DNA from: Azolla caroliniana
Lineage: Eukaryota; Plantae; Polypodiophyta
Direction of reading: 5' to 3'
DNA: 64,000 nt
Assembly (NCBI GenBank): GCA_043228905.1
Contig: JBHGNT010000004.1
Coordinates: 930,001 to 994,000, forward strand
Under the pieces are notes generated by a model. It saw only the letters and a program-made list of their open reading frames with translations. It was not told where the DNA came from and searched no databases. The number at the start of each line of letters is the position of its first letter. The first letter of the stretch is position 1. Below are positions 13,385-27,487 of this stretch, piece by piece. A program made the position numbers and the translations under genes.

Positions 13385-16300
13385 TTACAACCCATGTACA
13401 ATATTGGGATCCATCGGTGGAAACAACCACCTAGGTGCTTGGTAATTCCACTTAGGCCTCGATGAAGATTTGACTAGCATGGGAGAACTACTCCATTTCA
13501 ACAAGAAATTTGACCTTGCCCTTTCTGCTTCTTCTGAATCCCCTTGAATCGAATCATACCGACCGCGCAACCAAGCCACAAGATCAAACTAGATATTTAA
13601 CATCATCTCCCCACATGAGATCTTTTGCTGCTGAAAAACAACCTTACAACGCCTGATCTAGATGTGCCAGGCCGTCAAAGAGGCCAACATAAGCCAAATC
13701 TCCTCAAAAATTTCAGAATTTGTGCCTGGTCTCACCCCATCACATTGGAACACGCTACCGCCCTGCACTATAAATCCATGTCCTTGTGGGTTTAACTGTT
13801 CACCCCAGCTTTCCCCTTTTAAGGACAACCCTTGTATTGAGCCCCACACAACGTTCCCTTTCACACCACATGCTGCCACGATTCGAAGGTTTCTACTCCA
13901 AATGCTAATCGCCTTTGTACAATTCCAAAAAACAGTGAGAGATTGATTCCAAAGCCTGTCCATATAACTTACAGCTAGCCTCACCACCACGGGAGCTCAA
14001 CCACTCGCCTACAGGTACCGCCTTGTGACTAAGAAGCCACCACCAAGCCTTAATTTTTTCTAGCATATCCAATGCCCATAGTCTCCTCCAAAACGACTTC
14101 AAATCGTCGTCTGAAATGCCTTTATCCTTCCAACTATTGCGAATCATTCCAACATCCACGATTTTGGAGCCAACGATTCGTCTTCCTAGCTTGGTATTGT
14201 ATTCAAAAAACTTTTTCAAGTTTTTGTTCCTGGTGTGTGCCACCAAACCTCCAATGGGCCCCACTCCAAATCATATAAGGGCTTGTTATCGTAAAGCCAT
14301 ATTTTACAATCATGATCCAGTGTCTTAAGGTCTGGGTTCAATTGCCACCACTTACCCTCCAACACTGCCGCCCACACTACCATCCACCTACCATCATCTG
14401 TCAAAGAACTTTGGTTACCCCACAAACGATCCTCGCTAGTTGAGCACCTACCACGGATAAGTTGTGCGTCACCCTCACCTACAAACCAACCCGACCAAAT
14501 TGTCTCTTCCGCAGTCAACTTATCCAATCCATCAACAACCCCATCTATTAGTTGGGTTACCTTCTCTAGTCTTCTAGTAATCCTACAATTAATAGTCTGA
14601 CCCGTCCGCCTCTTCATGCTGTAAACCTCCCAATCGTGTACTGACCGAATCTTGTACCCTAGCATCTTCCCTCAAGGCAAGTATTTCTGTTGTCCAAGCA
14701 TCTTACCATCTTCACTTCTAATCCTAGGGTTCCAAAACAATAGTTGTCGTAGTTGTTCATCCAGTGTTTTCGGTTGCATTAAGACTAACCCTTCTCCTAA
14801 ACTTGACCATGCCTTCATTATGGCGCGAACCACTCTATCCTCCATGCTAGCTGGGCTGAATAACCACCATGTATTTGCCTACCAAGGACCACCATTCCTG
14901 GAACACCAAAGGTAAACTCTATTCCTAAGGAGCACCTTCCACAATTCTGGTCCGGGTTGCAAACTTCGCACTAAAAGCTTACCAAGTAGAGCCTTACTTT
15001 GGTGAACCGGATCCACCAGTCCAAGTCCTCCCTCATTCTTTGTCTTAACTAAACAACCCCACGTCACTTTAGCTGATGCCATTTCATTGTCTCTACCCGA
15101 CCACAAGAAGCCTCTCACCATTGCCTTAATATTTGTTATGTAGGCTTTGTCTAGCATCCAACATGCCACTGAATGCCACATGGTGGCCAACAAAATATGG
15201 TTCACCACCACAACCCTACCAGCAAGTGAGAGCTTTACTGATGCTCACAACCGAAGCTTTTTTCTAATTTTGTCTTTGACCTACTCAAGCTGTTGATTTG
15301 TAGGTTTCTCAACTCCCACCAAAAAGCCCAAATACTTAACAACCATGCCATTGGGGACCCATTGAAAATCAACGTTGGGACACCATAACGGTCCTGGGTT
15401 TGAACTTACCCAGAATCCTCTACATTTGTTCCAGTTAATTTTCCCCCCTGATGCATTGCAAAACCACTCAATCCGTCCTTCCGCCTTCTATAAATTAGCA
15501 TCATTCCCTTGCAAGTAAAGCATAGTGTCGTCTGCATACTCAGAGTCCAACAACTCCTTACTCGCATGTGGGATAGCTAAACCTCTTATTCCTACATCCG
15601 ATCTGTTCAAAAAGAAAGAGAATGCTTCTGTAATAAATAAAAAAAGATAGGGGGCCAGCGAGCACCCCTGTCTAATAGACCTATGTAATGGAATCAATGG
15701 GCCACGATGCCCTGTCACGAACACCCTACTCGAACTTCCTTTGTAAAGGGCTAGCGCAGCTGATCGCCATTTTAAAGGTAAACCCAACCTTTCCATGACT
15801 TTATCTAAAAAAGGACAATGAAGTCTGTCATATGCCTTCTCAAAGTCAAGCATGAGACAGGCAATGTGCTGATTGGTTTTCTTTGCCAAGGCAATCGCCT
15901 CCCAAAATATCAGCACATTATCAATTATGCATCTGTTTTCCATGAACCCTGTTTGTCCAACATGGATTAGTTCCTGCAGGTAGGGTTTTACCCTCTTGGC
16001 TAGTATATTAGCAAATATCTTATATATTGTGTTTAGTATCATGATTGGTCTCCATTGCCTTGCATCAGTTGTTACACCTTGTACCTTAGGAATTAGAAAT
16101 ATCATCCCCTCTTGAAATTGCTCAGGTAAGTACCCAACATCCCATGCCTCCTTTAGCCCATCAACCAAATCTGCCTTGATTACGTCCCAAAATTTTTCGA
16201 AAAAATCTCTTGATAACCCATCGGAGCCTGGGCAGGACATTCTACAAATACTTGCCAAAGCATTAGCCACCTCCTCCAAGAGAGGCCTCACCAAATTAGC

Positions 16301-17670
16301 TTGTGCCGCATCTGAAATTTTATGTTGCATTCCCTCAAGCACATATTCTATCATAGCACGTTGTTCGGGGCTATTGTAACTATCCGAAAGCAACTCATGA
16401 TAGTGTGAGGTGACTGCCTCCAAGATCTCTGAAATATCCTCCGAGATAGAGCTATCTTCCTTAACCAGCTTCGGATTGTAGCTATAGTTTGTTCTAGGTT
16501 GTTTATGCATGAAAAATTGTTTATTCACCTTATCCCCATTTTTGCTCCACCATGCAGTCGAACTCCTAAATAACATCGTATTTCTGGATGCAATCAAGCA
16601 TTGCAACGTTTCTCTAGCAGCCTCGAGGCCTGCCCTAGATCATTGGCATCAGGGATCTTTTTGTAGTAGCCTTTGGGCAGCCACTATTGATCTCCTTAAA
16701 CACATTTCTTCCTCCTTAGACTTCGTAATTCTACTTTTCGTCGCCTTATGGAGATAAGTTGACGTTTCGATAATCTTCCCTTGAAGTTTATCAAGTGCGC
16801 CACATCCAACCGAATTGCTTTCCCATATACGCCTTATGTTTCTACTCACCTCCACATCCTCAAAAAGGTTTTTGTTGATCCTCACATTGCAGTCCCTTGG
16901 TGGTCTCCTCTGCGTTTCTAGCGTTATTTTTAACCGACATATGATCGGAGTAGGCTGACCTTGCAATGATTTCAACATTGGTTCCAAATTTTTCTAGTGC
17001 CAGACTTATGTATATTCTGTCTATGCATGACATGCAAAAACCATGCATACTGCAACCTGCTCTCGAAAAACTTAGCGAATTTCGAGGTTTTTTTATTACA
17101 TGCCAGGCATCTTTCGCCCCCATTCGACCCATCAGCAAATCCCACGCAACAAGCTCAGCCCCCTACACCACCATTGGTATACCCCCCCACCTTGTCCTCT
17201 TTGTACAAAGTCCTGTTAAAATCCCCAGCAAGGATCCATGCATCTGCCACCGGCAGACCATCGGCCAATTGCCTCCAGAAAAGGGCCCAGTTCGTTGACG
17301 AATTGGGCGCATACACATTTATTATGCCAATTAGACATTGGGCCCATCTAATAGTCACATAGATGGCACGTCCCTCCACTATGGTGTCCTAACCCACCAC
17401 AACAACATCTGAAGACTTCCTTATAGATGTACAAACACCCCCTTTCCTACCGTGCTCACCTTGAGCTGGGGACCAGAATGTCTGCCAATCTCCCTCAAGA
17501 GGATTGCCAATATTTAAGATCCTATTCACACTTAGATGGTGCTCTTGCAGCAACAATATATCCGGGGCCCCCTTGAAACTTGGGGATTTGAACTCCTATC
17601 GGAAGCTCTTCCTCTCCAACATACATTTGCTACCGCCTAGACCTTGTATGTTCCACGTGAGTAATTTCAT
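13385..17670 (-). pseudogene. LINE ORF2 (APE endonuclease, reverse transcriptase, zf-RVT-like region and C-terminal tail), disrupted
   Basis: Starts MKLLTWNIQGLG..DILLLQEHHL; endonuclease motifs INVYAPN, ILAGDFN, IDRIY and SDH; RT motifs CPGSDG, WRPIMILNTIYKI, LDFEKAYD, IRQGCSLAP and YADD; GGLG; several stops and frameshifts. Confidence 0.92.
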
Positions 17671-20074
17671 CAAAACATGAGTGAAGCCTCCCATGACGGA
17701 CATAGCCCCTCCTCTTGAGTCCACGCCCAACCGCCCTTACTGAGCCTCTCCCATCCCACCATAACATCTTGCCGCATTGCATCCTCTATTTCCTCCTCAT
17801 GGAAATGCAATACCTCATCGAGGGAGTCTACCCTCTCTTATATGCTTAGTAGCAACTGTTTTTTAATGCATGAATCATTGACCCTCCCACAGATCATTTT
17901 AGCGTTCATCCACATCACACTCCAGTTATCTCCATTCGAATTGATGGGCAAATTGTTAAAGTACTTGTTCGCCCTACTGGTTATGGAACTCGAGATCCAA
18001 TCCATGTTATTGGCTAAAATCTCCAGGTCTGTCAGGTCAAAAGAAAAAAAAGAATTTGGCAACTTGTTGCGTTCATTGACAACCACATAAACCCTCAGTC
18101 CTGGGCCTTCCACATGACATAAGTCAATTAATCTCTTGCGAGCCTGTTGGCTAAACCTGCACCCCTTGTCCAACCTATCCCTGATTGATCTTTTGGACTG
18201 AACAAATTTCACTGGAACTCGAGCATCTACGCCTAAAGTTACTTGTCTTGTCTCATGCAACTTTTGAGTTTCGGAACTAAGTGGAGAGCTTTCTTGCCCC
18301 CTCCTAGTATGCAACCACTCTTTCATTGCTCTTAGTCCGATACTTCCACTCTTACCAAGCAAGGCATCAGGTGTGCACACTACCACCTCTTCAACATTAT
18401 TTGAGCTTTGATCCTGAAACGGATCCTCTTCTTCCAACAATGCCTCAAAGCTATTCTTCAACCTTACATGAGGCATAGTTGTGTCTCCTTCTTGCTGCAA
18501 ACGATTTTTTCGCCCGAAAACCAGAGTCCATGAGTCTGTATTAGCCTTCTCCTTCACTACCCCATTGAGGGTGTTATGATATTTCACTCCTATATTCTCT
18601 TGCCTAGCAACCTGCCCTTTGTCCTTTCCCACCCTCCCATTACCATTGATCTTCCTAGGGCATTCCTTAGCAATGTGGCCCTTCTTTTTACAATAAAAAC
18701 ATTGACCAGGTAAGCCCTCGTATTCCACCGCCACATCTAGCAAACCTGCTTCTACATCATGAACCTTGATTATAGGAGGGAGTTTGGACGAACTTTGCAC
18801 AAGCTCTCTAATCTTAGGGTAGTCCCTGACTCTATTTACCATCGTTGCCTTTGAGGGACAAATGATGCCAATCTTATCCCCAATCTTTGGGATGAAGGGG
18901 TATAACTATTGAGGTAGATTTGGGAATATCATAGAAATCACCCAAGGGTTACCAATTTTCTTGTCTTCCTCCATAACGTTGAAGTTAGCATGCCACTCCA
19001 ACAAAAGAGCTCTTCCATATTTGAGCTCTACAAATTTCATATCCACAATCCGCAATACATCACCCCCCTCGACCACTTCAACATGGAAGAAATTTCGACC
19101 CATTTTGTGCACATTTAATATTTGCGGCACCCGATCCATAAGAGCTACTTGTAGCATGTCACGAACCATACCTCTATTAGGTCTACCACCAAGTAGCTTA
19201 CAAATGAACGAGCATTTCTTTAATCTTTCAATCTTTGCATTCAAAATCTTACTTTCATCTTCTGACAAAAAAACCTCTAGTAACTCAGAGCTCTCATTCA
19301 TATCCATATCCTTATCATGACCTCCTCTCGGGCATGCATTATGTGCGTGACCACATTCCTGTAGGAGATTTTCTACTTGTAACATGTCCTCTGTGGCGTG
19401 CAATTCCGCACACCATCCAACCCTTGTGACGATCCGCATGCCTGTCCCTGCAGCCTCCCCGCACTCATCACTTGCCATAATGCATGGCTGGAATTATTCC
19501 CCCCAATTGTTTTCTTCCCAACCTCTTTATTCCAAACCTCCGGCACTCCCCACACTCTCAAATCCTCTGAGCATTCAACGGTGAAGACCGTTTCCGCCTT
19601 GCTGTTGAGAGGAGCCCTATCATCCTCTTCCATCCAGCCCGCCTTGTCTAATTGATTGAGTGATTCCTTACCCAACTCCCTATCTCCGCCAATAATGTGT
19701 TGCCTTGTTTCTTTCATCATCTCATCTACTTTCTTACACCCCCCATTTGCCATTTGATGCGTCTCCCTATCCTTGTTCCCACCTTGCAATGTGTACCTCA
19801 ATTCCACCGCCCTCACAGCGGGTACCCTTACCGTTGCTACCTTAATTGCAGCTGCTAATGCGTTAACCCTAAACCACATCCCGGCATCGCTACCCTCTCC
19901 CTTCGGCTTAAACCCTGACAGCACCACAGAGCAGAAAAGCCACTGACGATCGGCCAAAACACCCCCTCTGGCAACAACCGATGCGCGCGAACTTGGACAG
20001 TGGCTCACAGCTATCCAACGCGCACGCTCCTCACCGTGCTCCTGCTCCTGCTCGCCATTTCCTTTTCCCGCCAT
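17670..20074 (-). pseudogene. LINE ORF1 (DUF4283/RRM-like region and CCHC zinc knuckle), disrupted
   Basis: Pieces 19373-20074 (MAGKGNGE..), 18906-19478 and 17838-18842, the last with CFYCKKKGHIAKEC. After an in-frame TAA at 17838-17840 the frame continues to TGA at 17670-17672. Confidence 0.8.
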
Positions 20075-22330
20075 GCTCTGCTCCTGCTCCTCGCCATCGC
20101 TTGATCGAAGGAAGTAATATTTCCATGATCGTTCGCAAAAAGATATCAATTGATAGGAGCTTGTGAATAACTTTCCACGTAGGTTGATGATGGTGATGCC
20201 CAACCCATTATCTCTTCTAGCTTCTCAGAAAAATGCATATATTTTCTCCATTAGATTTTTTGACGTATTGAATGATATACATAACCTTTTGTCGTAGGAA
20301 GTAAGGCTTTTATTGGATGACAAATTGCTAGTGATTCTAGAAAGGTTGCATTCCATTCTATGGTTTTCAATTGTGTAAATTCGATTGTAAATTCAATTGT
20401 TGTTGCACGATTTTTCTTGTAACCAAATATTAAACTAGCAGTCAAGTGGCAACTACGATATAGGTCCCTCAAAAAGCCCAAAGATAATTTCCTAGCAAGC
20501 AATAGTTCAATTACCAAAACAACCATTTGCAACATCAATAAATAAATTACCAACATTGATGTCCATGGACACAAGTACCAATGTATATTTTCTAACAAGC
20601 ATTTATTCATGTAAGTTGAGAATATTCAGCCAATAACACACCATGCATAAAAGTTCCAAACTTAACATTGTTTATTTTTTGCTTGCAACAAATAACAAGT
20701 AAAATTGAAAATAGGAAATCAGCTATATTATTAAATTGAAATGATTTGGCTGAGTAGATGACAGGCAATATTGCAATATTGTATTTATTCTCTCTAGTAC
20801 CCATTTTAACGTGTGCCTTACCAAGGATTCCAAGCAGGGCCTGAATTTGACGGGTTAGTCTTAAAGTTTTTTGACGGGCATTTTTTAAAGATGTATGTCA
20901 TATGACGTAAGAGTGCAAAAATTAACATGTCATTTGACATACAAATTTCTTATAATGAAAAGCTCTATATGATGCTTCATTATTATACATTTTATTACTA
21001 TAGAAGGTACACAAATAGACACAACTACCTCGCAAAGATAATGAAATACAGAAAATAAATATCGTGTTAATGTTTTTTTTTTACCAAAAAAGTGTTAATG
21101 TTTTTTAAGCCAAAGTACAAACTATATATGTATCCATAATCATAATTCATTCTTGCAAAGTGGATACAATAAGCTTCAAACAAATAATCATACAAATCGA
21201 ATACTTAATCATCATATATTTCTTAAAGCCCAAAAAACACAAAAAAATGTTTATCATACCGGGACTCCTCATACTTATTACTAAGCATTGTTCAATGATA
21301 CTATCCTTCTCTCTTTCTCTTCAAACCAAAGGTTAAATATATCCTTCCAACAAATGTTTGATGTCTCTTGAGCATTCAAGGATATAAACATCAAAGCATC
21401 TAAAGTTTCCAAAGATAAACCATTTCTAATATCATTTTTTATGATATTTTGACGTGAAAAGCCTCGTTCACATGCAGCTGTACTAATAGGAATAGTCATA
21501 CATAGTTGCCACAATTGCATAATACCTGGAAATAATTGCCACCAAGATTGTGCTTTGCAACAAATATCCCATGCATCATGCATTCCTCTTCCTTTAGCAA
21601 TTCTCACAAGCATACCAACAAAATCTTCTCGTTCATTGAAGCATCTTTTCATGTCAACAATTTGCCTATCAATGTTAAACTTCCCAATAAGTTTGTGCAT
21701 CCATTCCTTTGTCTTTTTCTCTCTTTCATTTTCCTCAATGGGATATGAAGATGGATTAAACAACTTGATAGCATTGAAAAATGTAACATCCGGGAAACGA
21801 TTGTTTAAGGCATCAATAACATGTTGGACAAAAGTTTTTCCAATTCTAATGCATTCATCCAAACTACCATTTTCCGCATTACCATTAAACATATTCAAGT
21901 TAGAATCATTATCTTCATTCTCACTATCAAGACCACTCATTATTCTTGATCGATTTGCTACCTCCTTTGGGTTTGGAATCGGTATAAACTTCAATGGATG
22001 TGAATGAGTAACACTATCACATCGAATATATATGAGTATGCCATCTTTCACATTCGATAAAAAGCTTGCAAGAAACATAGACCCGGTGCCAAATGTTTCA
22101 CACGATAAATATCTTCTTCGAAGTTTCTCATGGATCAAATCCAAGTGAACACCAAGCATAGTTACATCCATTAATTCCCTTTGGAATTGCTCATTTAATT
22201 TATTTAATTCCACAAGAATATCTGCCAATAGGTGCAACATAAATTGCACTTGGAATATAGTAGCATACTCGTACCATTTTTTCTCATGTTTTTCCCATTG
22301 TTCTAAAATTGCGGGCATAAGTGTAACTAG

Positions 22331-25300
22331 TGTTGAAGACAAGGCCGTCAATGCGGAAGATCAAGTAGCATTCGATTGGGGTTGAGTACCTGCGTATGAC
22401 AGTTTCCAAGATCGTGCACAGAGATAGAGAGAGAGAGAGAGGAGGCACAAAAGACTCTTTCTATTCAATAGAAACAATAATACAACCAACCTTACAAAAA
22501 GGTTACTAGGTCACTTTATATAGTGACAAACTTAGGGCAACTACCATTTATGCTAATTACACAAATGGCCTAAACTTGAGCTATACAAAGGGATAGTGTG
22601 AATACGTCCATTATACACTTGTATTCGACACTCCCCCGTAATGGGCGTATACATGGGTTATCTAAGATTACAGGTATAAACCTAGGTTCTCGGACATATC
22701 AGTTTTGTTCGAGTCGGCAAGTTCCGAAGGCAGAAGGCCGGACTGGTCGGGTCGGAAGAGTTGAAGCCGATCATTAAGGAGCTGATGTCGGTTGTTTGAA
22801 ACCATCCTGCGTTGTGTCCGACTCTAACCGGACTGGTTTGTCATTACGCCCATCTGACGCCGAAGGGACCGAAAGTGGTCTGCCGAAAGACACTTGGTCA
22901 TTCCATCTGCGACATTGTCGGTTGTGGATATTTTCTCTAGACCGATTTTCCCTGAAATGACGCAGTCCCGAACGAAGTGATATCGAACGTCGATATGTTT
23001 GGAGGCGTTGTGGTGAACCGGATTTTTCGACAAGGCAACAACACCTTGACTGTCGCTGTAGACAACTGGGGCCGAGTCATGGTCGACTTGTCGAAACGTG
23101 TACGCCAGCCGGCCGAGCCACAAAGCTTCTTTTGCAGCGTCGGACGCAGCTACATATTCTGCTTCGGTCGTTGAGGTCGCTGTGCACTCCTGAAGTTTCG
23201 ACTTCCACGAAATTGCTCCATTGCCGAATTTGAAGCAGTATCCGGTTGTTGATTTCCGACTGTCTATACAGCCGGCGAAGTCCGAGTCGGTGTAACCGAC
23301 TACGCCTGAGGTTGAGTTCGGACCGAAAAGAACGCCGTGGTCTTTTGTGCCAGCCAGATATTTGAACACATGCTTGACTGCGTTCCAATGCGATCGGCCA
23401 GGATTGTGCATAAATCTGCTAACGACTCCTACGGCATGAGAAATATCAGGCCGTGTCGCGACCATCAGGTACATAAGGGAGCCGACTGCCGGTGCATACG
23501 GTACCGACTTCATATCTTCCCCCTCCGGACCGGATGTCGGGCAGTCTCGCTGAGAGAGCCGAAGATTCATGGGGAGCGGGGTTGAAGCAGATTTGGCTGA
23601 TTGCATGTTGAAGCGTTCCAAGACACGTCCGATATAGTCGGTCTGAGACAAAAAAAGATGTCGTTTATCGCGATGCCGACTAATCTTCATGCCAAGTATG
23701 TGTCGTGCCGGACCGAGGTCCTTCATGGCAAACTTCAACCGCAATTGCCGAATGAGATCGGCAAGTTCGCCCGCGTGGCGTCCAGAAATTAGCATGTCGT
23801 CCACGTAAATGATGAGGAAGATGGGTGATTCATCTTGAGCTGTGTTGGTAAAAAGACAATGGTCCTCATCGCTTTTGGAGAAGCCGATCGATTGGATGAA
23901 GTCGTCGAACTTCTTGTACCATTGTCGCGGTGCCTGTTTGAAGCCGTATAGACTCTTCCTGAGTCGGCAGACTAGATGTTCTTGGCCAGTTACCACGAAG
24001 CCTTTTGGCTGCTCCATATAAATTTCCTCTTCAAGATCACCATGGAGGAAGGCTGTTTTGACATCTAGCTGAATCAGCTCGAAGTTGTCGGCTGCCACTA
24101 CGCCGAGTAGAAAACGAAGGGTTGTCATTTTCACCACTGGTGAAAAAATCTCGTCGAAGTCGACGCCATATTCTTGTCGGAAGCCCTTCGCAACTAATCT
24201 GGCCTTGTACTTTGGGGTGGTCGAATCAGACGTCTCTTTTAGTCGATAAACCCACTTGCAAGGAAGAGCACGTCGATTCTTAGGTAATTCGACCAGATCC
24301 CAAGTCTTGTTTGCCCGAATGGAGTGCATTTCCGACTCCATCGCCAGATGCTAGGTGGCTGAATCGACAGATGTCGATGCTTCTTCGTAAGACGTCGGTT
24401 CGCCGGCGTCGGTGAAGAAAATTCCAGGAGAATACCTCTCCGGAGGTTGCGACAGTCTCTCGGATCGTCGAGGTATGATTGGACTGGTCGTATCGGGTAT
24501 CGAGGTCGGATGGTCCGAAAGCGAATTATTCTGCTGTGCCGAGTCAGAGTTGTCCGAGTCGGTAGTGTAAGGTTCAGCTACCCGTGAAGCTGACCGTGTG
24601 TTAGGAGCGGGGCCTTCTTGAAGGGTCGGCACATCGGAAAATGTTACCCTTCGGACTTCGATCGGTGTTTCGACTGATGGATTCATAGCCGACTCGTTGA
24701 ACACAACGTCCGAACTTCGAACGATTTGTCTGCGTTCGGGGTCCCAGAGTCGGTATCCCATTTCGCCGTCTGATCCATATCCAAGGAAAATGCATTTCCT
24801 GGACCGAGGTGCAAGTTTTCAGCGATCATCTTTCGGAATAAGGGCGTACGCCTCGCATCCGAAGATCCTCAGCTTGTCGTAATTCGGCTTACTGCCGATC
24901 CATAGTTCCTGAGGAATTTGAAGTCCTAGAGGTCTGCTTGGCGACATATTGATTATGTGTACTGCCGTGAGTAGAGCCTCTGCCCAGAAGCCATCCGACA
25001 GTCCGGAGTGTTGGAGCATGGAAACTATCCGTTCTTGGATTGTCCGATTCATGGTTCTGCAATCCCGTTTTGCTCCGGACTGTGTGGTGCCGTAAATTCA
25101 CGTCGGATGCCGCGTTGTCGGCAGAATTTGACGAATTCTTCTGATTTGAACTCTCCCCCATTGTCGGTCCGAAAGCATTTCAGTTTTCGGTCAGTTTGAT
25201 TTTCTACCATAGCGAGCCAATCGGAGAAGATCGAGAAGACACGATCTTTGGTGCGAATTGGATAAGCCCACACCTTTCGAGTCGAATCGTCAATAAAACT

Positions 25301-27487
25301 GACGAAGTAAGAGGCACCGCCGAGAGACTGATGCGGCATTGGGCCACAGACGTCCGAGTGGACTAAATCGAGAGGTCTCGTTTCTCTTGGTGCTGATGTC
25401 GGGTGTGATGCGGCTGCTTGTTTGCCATACTGGCAATGTTCGCAGAATTGATGGTCCGAGAAGGAGAGTTTAGGGATGTATCCGGCTCTAGATAGGTGCG
25501 TAATGCCGGCCTTGCTGAGGTGTCCTAATCTTCTGTGCCATAGTGATGACACAGGAATATCCACCAAAAACAGGTTACCCTCTCTGAGCGTAACATGTAA
25601 CGGATACAGTGAGTGTATCTTGGGTCCTCTAGCAAGCAGGAGGTTCCCCCTGTGGAGTGTCCACCCTCCCGAAGAAAAACCGGCACGAATGCCGTCTTCA
25701 TCTAGTTGTCCGACTGAGATCAATGGCCTTGAGAGCTCGGGTACATGTCGGACATTGTGAAGTACAAGTGTAGAGCCACCTGCAAGGTTGAGCTCTACTG
25801 TGCCGATTCCAATGATGTCACAGTGTTGCGAGTTGCCGACTCGAACTGAGTCGGAGTGACAGATCGTATATTGCCGAAATTGGGATCGATGAGGAGTCAC
25901 GTGAAATGACGCGCTCGAATCTAAGAGCCATGTGCTCGATTCTTCAGTCGTGAGCAGAACTTCTGATCCGACTGGATTTTCGATTGATAGTATATTCGGG
26001 TCGTTTGGTAGCACATCAGCTGAGAAGCTGACGTAATTGATCTCCTCATGCCGGCCACTCTTCTTGTCTGATTTCTGAGACTTGTCGTTCTTGTTCTTGA
26101 GTGCGCGGCAGTCGGCTTTGATGTGTCCGGGTTTCTTGCAATAGTTGCAGATTCGATTATCCCGTGACTGGCTCCGTCTTCGCTGATTGTTCGGCTGCCG
26201 TGAGGAATCTCTTCCTCGTATGTTCGATCGTTCTGTCGAACCTTGTACTACATAAGCGTCGTCTGTTGAGTCTTTGGCGAAAGACTTTCTCCGAGCTGCT
26301 TCGGTCAGGATTGCGCTCGTGACTTCGGAGTATTTAACAGCCGTGGTTGACGCGTTGCACACGGTTGTGACGAAAGTTTCCCATGATGAGGGAAGGCTGC
26401 TCATGAGTATCATTGCTCTGAGTTCATCCTCGATTGCCGTCCCCTGAGATGAGATTTGGGAGCTTATGCTTTCGTACTCATTGAGATGTGCTTGAACCGA
26501 ATCTGATTCTTTCATCCGCAAGTTGTAGAGGCGTCGGATCAGAAACATCTTCGTTGCAGCGACCTTCTTTTCGTAGGTGTCCGACAGTGTTTTCCACAGT
26601 TCGAATGCTGTCGTACACGATTGCACCGTAAAGTATACCGATTCCGATAGGTGCATCCGAATCGTGGCGCGGACGATTCTGTCCAGCTTCTGCCACTCAA
26701 TTGGTTTGTATCCTTCTGGAGGTGCTTCATTTTCGATGGGATCGATTTGCCCCTTGACTATGAGATAGTCCTGCATTTGCTCCTTCCAGAAGTTGAAGTT
26801 CGATCCATCGAACTTTCGTAGACTCATTTCTGACGAGCCGGATGTTGATGTCATGACTCTGCCCTAAGTCGGCTACGAACTTTGGTGAAGTGCAGCGGTT
26901 TGGCCCACTCAGTGTCGTTCTAGCCGAAGTTGGACACAAGTGATGTTGATTACGGAGAATCGGGGATTTGGTTCGGATTGACTACCGACAACTGTCTTAG
27001 TCGAGTTGAACCTAGATTTAACGATCCGACAGTACTTCAAGCCGATTCGGTTTCGGTTGACTGCAACGGTGAGAGCAATGGAACCGACTGGTCCTTCCGA
27101 TTATTGTCCAATCGAATGAAACACGAACTGGGGTTGTCCTTGAAGTCGTCGTTGTGCAGGAAGCCCACCTCAAGTAGTTACGATCAAGGAAGTAGAGTAC
27201 AGCCGACTGGCTTACTCCGAGTGATGATCTAACGCAGCGAGATTCAAGCTTGTGTTTGCCTACTTTCTTCTCTGTTTCTTTGAATGACGCAAGAAACCGA
27301 ATGCTTTGCAGACTAGGATGAAGCGAAAGGCCGAATACTGTGCAGGCTGTGATGAAGCGAAGAACCGAATGCTGTGCAGGCTGAGACGACGGCCGACAGC
27401 GGGTTGAGGGACCTCGCTCTGAAGACAAGGCCGTCAATGCGGAAGATCAAGTAGCATTCGATTGGGGTTGAGTACCTGCGTATGACA
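22331..27487 (-). mobile_element. Ty1/copia element 1 with intact 3' LTR (22331-22630) and truncated 5' LTR (about 27421-27487)
   Basis: LTR termini tgttgaa...ttcgaca; PPT (ctccccc on +) at 22631; PBS remnant gctctga at 27416-27422; no 5-bp TSD but a ~337-bp flank duplication. Confidence 0.92.
22824..26854 (-). pseudogene. Copia-1 gag-pol (gag, CCHC, protease, GAG-pre-integrase, integrase, RT, RNase H)
   Basis: Motifs CNYCKKPGHIKADC, WLLDSSAS, WHRRLGH, RTDNGGEF, YKARLVAKG, YVDDMLI, YTDSDFAG and KHIDVRYHF; one frameshift near 25050 and in-frame stops at 24819 and 24351. Confidence 0.93.

Larger units (their letters stand above)
13137..20134 (-). mobile_element. Full-length decayed L1-clade LINE (~7.0 kb) with 15-bp TSD
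   Basis: TSD gcaaaaagatatcaa at 13122-13136 and 20135-20149; A-tail (T-run on +) near 13142-13148; ORF1 and ORF2 remnants in canonical order. Confidence 0.92.

Noticed and set aside
20075-20203. N-terminal part of ORF 19373-20203
   Set aside because: It starts at a non-ATG codon outside the LINE TSD boundary; the plausible ORF1 start is ATG 20074.
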